From Bdellovibrionia bacterium (lineage in GTDB: Bacteria > Bdellovibrionota > UBA1018): a stretch of DNA of 13,255 nt. The position numbers and the translations under genes are program-made. The stretch lies in NCBI GenBank assembly GCA_045805065.1, contig JBJMMA010000088.1, forward strand, positions 1 through 13,255, given 5' to 3'. Positions 1-6,524 of this stretch are shown piece by piece (the stretch's first letter is position 1; the number at the start of each line of letters is the position of its first letter). The notes below the pieces were generated by a model. That model did not search any database and had not been told where the DNA came from. It saw only the letters and a list, made by a program, of their open reading frames with translations.

Positions 1-1
1 C

Positions 2-379
2 ACTAATAACATACACAACAAACTTCACAAAAGAATCCACGGCGTAAAGCCAGCGGCGCAAAAGCGAGAGCTCCACGACTTCCATGACGGAGCCGCGTTT
101 GAGTCGCTCGATCGCGTCGGATGGGTCAGCAAGCTCGGTGAGAGGACCCCAAAGTGCATCGCGATCCAGGAGCTGAGAGACTTCTTGTGTCTCCTGTTGA
201 AGGACTCGTGCGCTGGCAACGTTCTGAGCCCAGTTCTCAGGGTTTCTCAGATCAAACAGGATCCCTTTGGCCCTGTCAGTGCGGGCTTCAGCAAGTGAGA
301 GCTCCAGGAATCGATTCCATTCCAAGGGCTCCAATGCTCGGGAGGCGGTTCGAGATGCGGTTTGGGATAAATCGCTCAT
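2..379 (-). CDS. mutS2: MutS2-family protein, N-terminal fragment (runs off the left edge)
   Basis: Not in the ORF track. Hand translation from ATG at 379 is open to the window edge: MSDLSQTASRTASRALEPLEWNRFLELSLAEARTDRAKGILFDLRNPENWAQNVASARVLQQETQEVSQLLDRDALWGPLTELADPSDAIERLKRGSVMEVVELSLLRRWLYAVDS... The pattern (AL..LEW..., A.T..K, LQQET.E, PL..L.D, RL..G.V...EL) matches MutS2 N-termini as I recall them. The ATPase and Smr domains are not in the window. Confidence 0.75.
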   Translation of the reverse strand, partial: MSDLSQTASRTASRALEPLEWNRFLELSLAEARTDRAKGILFDLRNPENWAQNVASARVLQQETQEVSQLLDRDALWGPLTELADPSDAIERLKRGSVMEVVELSLLRRWLYAVDSFVKFVVYVIS

Positions 380-410
380 GACAGAAGCTACTTATCACGA
401 CATCGCCTCA

Positions 411-439
411 TTGACACGAAGCGAGTTCTCAAGGATTGT
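411..439 (+). promoter_or_regulatory. Candidate sigma70 promoter for the SprT-like gene
   Basis: Perfect TTGACA at 411-416, 17-bp spacer, weak -10 GATTGT at 434-439, in the 69-bp divergent intergenic region. AGGA at 441-444 precedes ATG 449. Confidence 0.4.
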
Positions 440-448
440 CAGGAATAC

Positions 449-1015
449 ATGAGTTTGCAGTGCGTCTCCCCAGTTTTAGACCTCGATTCCATCTTTGATG
501 AGCTGAATCAGAAGCATTTCGATGGCTTTCTAGACTGGCTGCCTTTGACTTGGAATAGCCGCCTGCGCTCCAGTGCGGGACGATTCATTCCTGGGAGTCG
601 CAAGTGGTTTCAGGACTATCCGCCAAAGATTGAAATCGCTAGTTATCTGAAAACCGAACCTAACGCCGCTGAACTTGTACGCGATACGCTGGGTCACGAA
701 CTGATCCACTATTGGCTTTGGGTTCGTCGCCGCCCCTATGGGCATACGGATGAATTTTACGCCAAGATGCGCCAGATGGGAGTGAGTCGTTACAATCCTG
801 TTCCCCGGACGCGTCCTTATAAGTGGCTTTATCGTTGTGGACATTGCCAGGAAAAGTTTCCTGCACGCCGAAGACTGGCTCGCGCCCTGGCCTGCGCGAA
901 ATGCTGTAAAGCGTATTCGGGTGGAAGATACGACGCCAAGTTCAAACTCGTACTGGATGGCCCCTTTCAGGCAAACTCAGAGCCTGCCCGCACGGAAGAA
1001 ATCCCGGTTTGTTGA
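449..1015 (+). CDS. SprT-like family zinc metalloprotease with C-terminal zinc ribbon
   Basis: FDELNQKHF..WNSRLRSSAGRF N-terminal motif, HExxH (GHELIHY), downstream third ligand (GHTDEF), and C-terminal CGHC...CAKC zinc ribbon. Confidence 0.9.
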   Translation: MSLQCVSPVLDLDSIFDELNQKHFDGFLDWLPLTWNSRLRSSAGRFIPGSRKWFQDYPPKIEIASYLKTEPNAAELVRDTLGHELIHYWLWVRRRPYGHTDEFYAKMRQMGVSRYNPVPRTRPYKWLYRCGHCQEKFPARRRLARALACAKCCKAYSGGRYDAKFKLVLDGPFQANSEPARTEEIPVC

Positions 1016-1031
1016 TGGAGTCGTATCAGCT

Positions 1032-1664
1032 TCAATCCGCTTTTGCTGTGAAGGAGCGGAGTTGATCGGCAAGTGTTTCGCCCGAGCCATGTCCTCTTAA
1101 TGTCGCAAAGAAAAACGTGTTGAGCATGAGTGCGTGCGTGATCTCGCCTTTGAGAATGCGCTCAGGAATCTCTTCAATCGGAACTTCGATGATGTCGATC
1201 ATCTCAGCTGCATCCAGCTTTTGCTGACTTACTTTTTTCACCGGGCCCACGATAAAAGAGTGGCAGCGATTGTCTTGAATAGCAGGATTAGGGAAGGTCC
1301 AGCCCAGGCTGATGCAGCGGAAATTTTCCGTGGGCACATAACCTGTCTCTTCGGTCATTTCACGAATGGCTGCTGCTTGAGGATCTTGATCCGTCGGATC
1401 CATCACGCCACCTGGAATTTCCAAAGTGTGTTCGCTGATTCCAATGCGATATTGCCTGACAAAGACAACTTTTCCATCTTCAGTTACGGGAATGATGTTG
1501 CACCAGTCCTTAGACTTAAAAAGATAGAACTTGTGGCGCAGGTCGCTTTCACTTGAGCGGCAATGACGCTCCACGAAATGCATAAAAGGCGAGTCTAGAA
1601 TCGTGCGCTCACTTTCGCAGATCCAGCTGTTTCTGTTGGGCTTTTTATGTGTCTCGTTGCTCAT
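1032..1664 (-). CDS. NUDIX hydrolase, ADP-ribose pyrophosphatase-like
   Basis: VRQYR motif, LEIPGGVMDPTDQDPQAAAIREMTEETGY Nudix box (first Glu replaced by Asp, one extra residue), and downstream FPNP proline typical of ADPRases. AGGTGATC just upstream of the ATG is SD-like. Confidence 0.88.
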   Translation of the reverse strand: MSNETHKKPNRNSWICESERTILDSPFMHFVERHCRSSESDLRHKFYLFKSKDWCNIIPVTEDGKVVFVRQYRIGISEHTLEIPGGVMDPTDQDPQAAAIREMTEETGYVPTENFRCISLGWTFPNPAIQDNRCHSFIVGPVKKVSQQKLDAAEMIDIIEVPIEEIPERILKGEITHALMLNTFFFATLRGHGSGETLADQLRSFTAKAD

Positions 1665-1735
1665 GGGATCACCTTAAACGGGTTTTGAGGTCTTCTCTTT
1701 TCTTTGAGCCAGCCTTCTCATACACTGGCGCTATC

Positions 1736-2158
1736 ATGATGACCGAACGACTGATGACAAGCAAATATTGGGCGCTTGCTTTTATCTCAATCACCTTGGG
1801 TGCATTAGGTTTAGCTGCTGTGCAAAGCACTGAGTCCCTCGCTTTTGGTGCAAAAAAAGCGAACGCTCCTCAGGCTTCTGCCACACCTTCTGCAGCGCCA
1901 GCGGGCACGCTCATCTGGGTGACTCGCAAAGATGGCGCCACAAGCTGCGGCACCACCCAAGCACAATCCCTGGAGGAAGGAGCAAGCGAACTTCAGCGCA
2001 ACGGCGTGAAGGTTGTAAGCTCTCGTAAAGGGAATGACGGCAAGATGCACGCTCAAGCTTGCGGAATGCCGACAGGCTCGCTCAATGCTTATCAGATCTC
2101 CCGCGAGGATTTGCCCAAGGCGTTGGTGCTCGGATTTCAAGAAGACGGTCACATTTAA
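1736..2158 (+). CDS. Small exported protein with a Cys pair, function unknown
   Basis: The track start at 1649 overlaps the NUDIX start. In-frame ATGs lie at 1736, 1739 and 1754. Hydrophobic signal/anchor (YWALAFISITLGALGLAAV), Ala/Pro linker, then a ~85-aa domain with SCG...MHAQACGMPTG..N.Y.I...DL.KA..LGF. It ends 6 bp before the response regulator. TACACT at 1721-1726 is a possible -10. Confidence 0.75.
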   Translation: MMTERLMTSKYWALAFISITLGALGLAAVQSTESLAFGAKKANAPQASATPSAAPAGTLIWVTRKDGATSCGTTQAQSLEEGASELQRNGVKVVSSRKGNDGKMHAQACGMPTGSLNAYQISREDLPKALVLGFQEDGHI

Positions 2159-2164
2159 GATTTT

Positions 2165-2836
2165 ATGAGAATACTGGTCATCGAAGACGAAAAGAAAATG
2201 TCCGACTTCCTGAAGAGAGGTCTGGCTGAGGCAGGGTATGCAGTTGATTGCGCAGGTACCGGGAACGGCGCTGAGCTTCTGATCGCTGAAAACCCGTACG
2301 ATCTTCTGGTGCTCGATGTGATGCTTCCGGATACCAACGGATTTGATCTTGCCCGGCAGATTCGCCAGAACGGTTTTGAAAATCCGATCCTGTTTCTGAC
2401 CGCGATGGGAAGCACTCGAGATAAGATCAAGGGTCTTGATTCGGGCGGTGACGTCTACTTGACCAAGCCCTTCGCGTTTGATGAGCTTCTGGCTCACGTT
2501 CGTGCGCTCATGCGCAGAAAGTCATCCTCGCAGGTTTCGCTTCTTGAGTTTGGTGGCTTGAGAATGGATCTGATTCGGCGTGAAGTGAAGCGCGATGGCC
2601 AGTCCATTACGCTCACGCCCAAAGAGTTCAGCCTTCTTGAGTATTTTTTAAGAAACCCAGAGCGTCCGATCAGCCGAACCGAGCTGACCGAGCATGTCTG
2701 GGACATCCATTTTGATCCGGGTAGCAATATCGTCGATGTTTACATCAAGACGCTCAGAAAAAAACTGGATGAGATATCCCCGAAAAAGCTCATCCACACC
2801 GTGGTGGGCGTCGGATATGCTCTCAAGTTGGAATAA
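2165..2836 (+). CDS. OmpR/PhoB-family response regulator, CusR/CzcR-like
   Basis: Receiver domain (IEDE, LDVMLP phospho-Asp, FLTA, TKPF) plus winged helix (LTPKEFSLLEYF, VWDIHFDPGSNIVDVYIKTLRKKLD, IHTVVGVGY). Confidence 0.95.
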   Translation: MRILVIEDEKKMSDFLKRGLAEAGYAVDCAGTGNGAELLIAENPYDLLVLDVMLPDTNGFDLARQIRQNGFENPILFLTAMGSTRDKIKGLDSGGDVYLTKPFAFDELLAHVRALMRRKSSSQVSLLEFGGLRMDLIRREVKRDGQSITLTPKEFSLLEYFLRNPERPISRTELTEHVWDIHFDPGSNIVDVYIKTLRKKLDEISPKKLIHTVVGVGYALKLE

Positions 2837-4256
2837 AAGACGAGGGATCCGGGTTCGCGTCGGAGTCTTTGTCTTTGTCACGGCCTTTTGCGCCCTTTTG
2901 CTGACGAGCTTTTTCATCTCGCGCCAGATGCTGGATCTGCGAGTCCGTGAGTTTGATAGCCAGCTCTATAATCTCGCGCTCGATCTGACTGATGAGATGG
3001 GCATCGATTTTTTTGGAAATCCTGCGCCTCCTGCCGGGGGGCTGAGCTTCGGGAAAAAGAGCCTTCCATTCCCGGAAGCGCACGCGCTTTTTCAGATCCT
3101 GGATACGAATGGGCAGGTGCTTTACCATTCGGCGCAACTCGGCACGCATCGACTCCCGTGGCATGCAACGGATTGGAACGCGCTTCTGGCGCAAGAGGTG
3201 GTGTTTCACACTTTGTCGGGCGAGGAGTACGGAAACCGCAAGTCCCCACCGATGCGTCTGATCTCCATTCCCATCATGAAGGGCCCGGTCATGCGCGGGA
3301 TCTTTCAGATGGCGGTCTCGACTGAGATCATCGAAAGAGAGCGTCAGCAGCTCAGCGGATTATTTGCGTTTTTGATTCCGATTTTAGTTGGGGGCCTGGC
3401 GTTTGGAAGTTACTGGGTCTCCGGTCGCGCGCTTCTTCCTCTGCGCGAATTGATTGGAAGTACGCGTGAGATCGTTCCTGAAAAACTCTCAGTCCGCGTT
3501 CCTGAGCCTGATACAGGGGATGAGGTCGCTGAACTTTCGCAGACTCTGAACGGACTTCTCACGCGCCTTCAGCTTGCGTTTGAATCTCAAGAGCGGTTCA
3601 TCGCCGATGCCTCTCATCAATTGAAGACTCCTCTGGCTGTCATGCAAGGCGAGATCGAGCTCTTGCAGCAGCGCGATCCATCCAAAGAAGAGATCCGCCA
3701 GTTTCTGGGAAGTGCCCATGAAGAAGTCCAGCATCTGACCAAGCTCGTGCAAGGCCTTCTGATCCTGGCACGAGTTTCTGCTCTTCCTGAAGCATCGCTT
3801 GTGAAGACGCGAGTCAGGCTTGATGAAATTTTGTTGTCGCTTCTTGAGCGTTATCAGAGTGCTTTCAGAAAAAGAGAGATCAAGTGCCGGTTTCAGGCCG
3901 CTGAAGAAGGGGAGTTTGAAGTCGCGGGAGATGAGGATCTTTTACGCAGTCTCTTTGAGACGCTTCTTGAGAATGCCATCAAGTATTCGCCCGATGGCGG
4001 CGTTGTCGAAGTGAAACTTGAGGCTGCTGGCAATCTTGTCACGGTTCTGATTTGCGATGAGGGCAAAGGGATTCCGGAAGAGCTTCGAGAGCGCGTTTTT
4101 GAGCGTTTTTATCGAGCTGACACAAGGACTCATGGCTTTGGTTTAGGGCTCACGATTGCTCGTCAAATCATTCAAGCTCATGGCGCAGAAATTCGGCTTG
4201 AGCCTCGAGATCCTAAAGGAACTTGCATCCGCGTTGAGATGAAGAAAAATTCATAG
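2817..4256 (+). CDS. Two-TM sensor histidine kinase (HAMP-HisKA-HATPase)
   Basis: Probable start is ATG 2817, overlapping the regulator by 20 nt, rather than 2694. Two TM segments, HAMP (RVPEPDTGDEVAELSQTLNGLLTRL), H-box ADASHQLKTPL, N-box LENAIKYS, G1 DEGKGIP, F-box FERFYR, G2 GFGLGL. Confidence 0.95.
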   Translation: MLSSWNKRRGIRVRVGVFVFVTAFCALLLTSFFISRQMLDLRVREFDSQLYNLALDLTDEMGIDFFGNPAPPAGGLSFGKKSLPFPEAHALFQILDTNGQVLYHSAQLGTHRLPWHATDWNALLAQEVVFHTLSGEEYGNRKSPPMRLISIPIMKGPVMRGIFQMAVSTEIIERERQQLSGLFAFLIPILVGGLAFGSYWVSGRALLPLRELIGSTREIVPEKLSVRVPEPDTGDEVAELSQTLNGLLTRLQLAFESQERFIADASHQLKTPLAVMQGEIELLQQRDPSKEEIRQFLGSAHEEVQHLTKLVQGLLILARVSALPEASLVKTRVRLDEILLSLLERYQSAFRKREIKCRFQAAEEGEFEVAGDEDLLRSLFETLLENAIKYSPDGGVVEVKLEAAGNLVTVLICDEGKGIPEELRERVFERFYRADTRTHGFGLGLTIARQIIQAHGAEIRLEPRDPKGTCIRVEMKKNS

Positions 4257-4276
4257 GATCTTCACCTGCGCCTCAT
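4250..4276 (+). promoter_or_regulatory. Three direct repeats at 11-bp period; putative OmpR-family operator
   Basis: TTCAT (4250-4254) N6 TTCAC (4261-4265) N6 CTCAT (4272-4276), overlapping the kinase stop codon and occupying the -35 position of the downstream promoter. Confidence 0.65.
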
Positions 4277-4287
4277 CCCCTCAGGCG

Positions 4288-4293
4288 TACCTT
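4288..4293 (+). promoter_or_regulatory. -10 element of a probable leaderless, activator-dependent promoter
   Basis: TACCTT, 7 nt, then ATG 4301. No SD and no consensus -35. Confidence 0.55.
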
Positions 4294-4300
4294 TGTCTGG

Positions 4301-4522
4301 ATGACGAACCTGATGGATTTGACCCTAAAAAATATAGGAAGACATGTCGTCGCCCGAATCTATCCGGTCCTGGTTTGGGGCGCTGTGATGGGTTTCGTGG
4401 TGCATGCGGGATTGAAGTCGCAATTCAGCCACATGGAAGCGGATTCTGAGCAGATCTCGTTCACTTATTCTGAGCGCCAAGCGGTCGATCAAGACATCCC
4501 GGATCGCGTAGCGCTTCCTTAA
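4301..4522 (+). CDS. 73-aa single-pass membrane protein, unknown function
   Basis: Fills the gap between the kinase and the convergent AAA+ gene. One hydrophobic segment (IYPVLVWGAVMGFVVHAGL) and an acidic tail. Its TAA shares TTAA (4519-4522) with the convergent gene's stop. Confidence 0.65.
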   Translation: MTNLMDLTLKNIGRHVVARIYPVLVWGAVMGFVVHAGLKSQFSHMEADSEQISFTYSERQAVDQDIPDRVALP

Positions 4523-5403
4523 ACAGTAAGCTGAGGCCCAGACTCATGCGAAGACGCGTGCTCAGGCGCGATGCTGTATTGCTGCATCTTCGCGATCAGA
4601 GTCGTGCGATCCATTCGAGCCATCTGACAGGTGCGCTCAACGTCCCAATCAAACGTGCGAAGAAGCTCGAGCAAGTAAGTCTTCTCAAACTGTTCGCGTG
4701 TTGCGCGGAAGTCGATCCGGTCGCTGCCAAAAGAAGGCAGATCGTGTGATTCGATTTGATCACCGCGGCTCGCGATCACAGCCATGCGAAGCACGTTTCT
4801 GAGCTCGCGGATATTGCCGGGCCACTCGTATGAGCGAAGGGCTTCCCAAGCAGAAGGGGAGAACGCGCGCAAATACTCTTTATGAAGCTCGCGAGTGATC
4901 TCGCCCAGGATTCCAAGAGCGATGTCATCGAACTCTTCCATGCGGCGAACCAGAGGCGGCATCTCAATGCGGAATACATTGAGTCTTGCCAGAAGCTCAG
5001 GGTTGAAAAGTCCGCCTTGAGCGCGACCTTCCAGGACCTGATCAGTTGTTGCGATCAAGCGCACATTGAGAAGCATCGGAAGGGCGGCGTTTCCGGCGTG
5101 GGGAACGGACTTCGTTTTCAGGAAATTGAGAATCGCTTTTTGTTCACCCAGTGGCCATTCCCCAATATCAGGAACAACCAGGGTACCGCCTTGAGCTTCA
5201 GCGATCTGGCTGACAAAGCTTCGATCACGAGTGGCGGTGAGGAAAGGATGAGCGGCGCGCGGGCTGTTGGAATGAATCCAACGTGCAATGGCGCCTTTGC
5301 CCGTACCGCTGGCTCCGCTGATGAGAGCAGGGGCGGTGTCCGCTTGTGCGGCTAACATGGCCAACCTACGTTGACCGGGTGGGATGAAATGCACCATTTC
5401 CAT
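4519..5403 (-). CDS. Degenerate sigma54-activator-like AAA+ protein with Fis-type HTH and no sensory domain
   Basis: Probable start is ATG 5403 (or 5397). The track start at 5574 overlaps the BMP gene. Walker A GASGTGK, IH..SPRA..PF, VRLIATT, RLNVFRIEMPPL, sensor II WPGNIRELRN, C-terminal HTH (DVERTCQMARMDRTTLIAKMQQY). GAFTGA is absent and Walker B reads TLVVPDIGE. Confidence 0.85.
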   Translation of the reverse strand: MEMVHFIPPGQRRLAMLAAQADTAPALISGASGTGKGAIARWIHSNSPRAAHPFLTATRDRSFVSQIAEAQGGTLVVPDIGEWPLGEQKAILNFLKTKSVPHAGNAALPMLLNVRLIATTDQVLEGRAQGGLFNPELLARLNVFRIEMPPLVRRMEEFDDIALGILGEITRELHKEYLRAFSPSAWEALRSYEWPGNIRELRNVLRMAVIASRGDQIESHDLPSFGSDRIDFRATREQFEKTYLLELLRTFDWDVERTCQMARMDRTTLIAKMQQYSIAPEHASSHESGPQLTV

Positions 5404-5416
5404 AGATTGGAACCTG

Positions 5417-5445
5417 GATATAACGCAATGCGAAATCATTGTCAA
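5417..5445 (-). promoter_or_regulatory. Candidate sigma70 promoter for the AAA+/HTH gene
   Basis: Minus strand reads TTGACA (5445-5440), 17 nt, TATATC (5422-5417), 13 nt, ATG 5403. Confidence 0.5.
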
Positions 5446-5468
5446 ACACGAAAGGGCCCCGGTATGAT
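5439..5468 (+). promoter_or_regulatory. Sigma70 promoter of the ABC transporter operon, probably leaderless
   Basis: TTGTCA (5439-5444), 18 nt, TATGAT (5463-5468), 6 nt, ATG 5475. Confidence 0.7.
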
Positions 5469-5474
5469 CGGGAA

Positions 5475-6524
5475 ATGTCATTGATTTCCCGTACCTATTT
5501 CGTGCTTTTATTGGGTTTTTTTGCCCTGGGTACGGCCTGTAACCGAGCTGGGACGCAAAGCACTTCGGAGGCAAGTACGGCCCCTGCCGTAAAAGTAGGG
5601 CTGGTTTTGGATAAGGGCGGAAAGGATGACAAATCCTTTAATACCTCGGCCTTTGAGGGCTTCACGCGTGCTAAAAAGAATCTTGGGATTCCGGGCAAAA
5701 TGGTTGAGGCAACGGATGACAATTCGTTTGAGCCCATGCTTCAACATATGGCGAGAAAAGATTTCAATCTGATCATCGCCATTGGTGTCTCGCAGGCTGA
5801 TGCGGTGAAGAAAGTGGCCTCGCGTTTTCCGGATAAGAAATTTGCCATTGTGGATGCCGAAGTCGATGCGCCCAATGTCCGCTCTCTTTTGTTCCAAGAG
5901 CACGAAGGATCCTATCTTGTCGGCGCGCTAGCAGCGCTCACCAGCAAGTCTGGAAAAATCGGTTTTATCGGTGGAATGGATATTCCGCTCATTCGCCGAT
6001 TTGAGATGGGTTACGTGGCGGGGGCCCGCGCGGTTAATCCTAAGGTCCAAGTAAGCGCCAATTATGTCGGCGTGACGGGCGATGCCTGGAACAATCCTGC
6101 AAAAGGGAAAGAGCTTGCGCTGTCGCAATACGGCTCAGGCGTCGATGTGATCTTTGCCGCAGCAGGAGCTTCAGGTAACGGACTTTTTGATGCGGCCGAA
6201 GAAAAAAAGTTTTTCGCGATCGGATGTGACTCCAATCAAAACTGGATCAAGCCAGGCTATGTGCTGACCAGTATGATGAAGCGCGTGGACGTCGCCGTCT
6301 ATGACGTGATCTCCGAATTCAAGGAAGGAAAGTTCACCGGAGGCGTGAAGCGCTACGGACTTTCGAACCAGGGAATTGATTATGCTATGGACAAGAATAA
6401 CGAGCCTCTGGTGTCAGCGGCAGCCAAAGCAAAGGTTGACCAGCTGAAATCCGAGATCGTTGCAGGCAAAATTCGAGTGCCCGACTATTACACGAAAAAA
6501 AACGATGCAGCCAAATCCAACTGA
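5475..6524 (+). CDS. BMP-family (PnrA/TmpC/NupN-like) nucleoside-binding lipoprotein
   Basis: Start at ATG 5475 gives a signal peptide II with lipobox LGTA-C. BMP motifs GGKDDKSFN, FQEHEGSYLVG, IGFIGGMDIPLI, DVIFAAAGASGNG, IGCDSNQ, TSMMKRVD. Confidence 0.93.
   Translation: MSLISRTYFVLLLGFFALGTACNRAGTQSTSEASTAPAVKVGLVLDKGGKDDKSFNTSAFEGFTRAKKNLGIPGKMVEATDDNSFEPMLQHMARKDFNLIIAIGVSQADAVKKVASRFPDKKFAIVDAEVDAPNVRSLLFQEHEGSYLVGALAALTSKSGKIGFIGGMDIPLIRRFEMGYVAGARAVNPKVQVSANYVGVTGDAWNNPAKGKELALSQYGSGVDVIFAAAGASGNGLFDAAEEKKFFAIGCDSNQNWIKPGYVLTSMMKRVDVAVYDVISEFKEGKFTGGVKRYGLSNQGIDYAMDKNNEPLVSAAAKAKVDQLKSEIVAGKIRVPDYYTKKNDAAKSN

Noticed and set aside
25..452. Short track ORFs 25-219(-), 154-381(+) and 267-452(+)
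   Set aside because: They overlap the MutS2-like minus-strand frame and have no recognisable motifs.
1011..1030. Hairpin GTTGATG/TATCAGC between the SprT and NUDIX stops
   Set aside because: It depends on G-U pairs and has no U-tract on either strand, so it is too weak to call a terminator.
1811..2497. 228-aa antisense ORF and the other antisense or alternate-frame ORFs in the track
   Set aside because: These are shadows of well-supported genes, with no motifs or initiation signals.
2694..2816. Extended N-termini given by the track for the kinase (2694), exported protein (1649), AAA+ (5574), BMP (5439) and ATPase (6460)
   Set aside because: They overlap neighbouring genes or promoters. Downstream ATGs fit the signal peptides, domain starts and promoter spacing better.
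5404..5474. Sigma54 -24/-12 promoter next to the activator-like gene
   Set aside because: TGGAAC and TGGATA on the plus strand are not followed by GC at the required GG-N10-GC spacing.
6495..6502. A8 run at the BMP/ATPase overlap as a frameshift or phase-variation site
   Set aside because: Slippage would fuse a periplasmic lipoprotein to a cytoplasmic ATPase. The run encodes Lys-Lys-Asn and both genes are intact.
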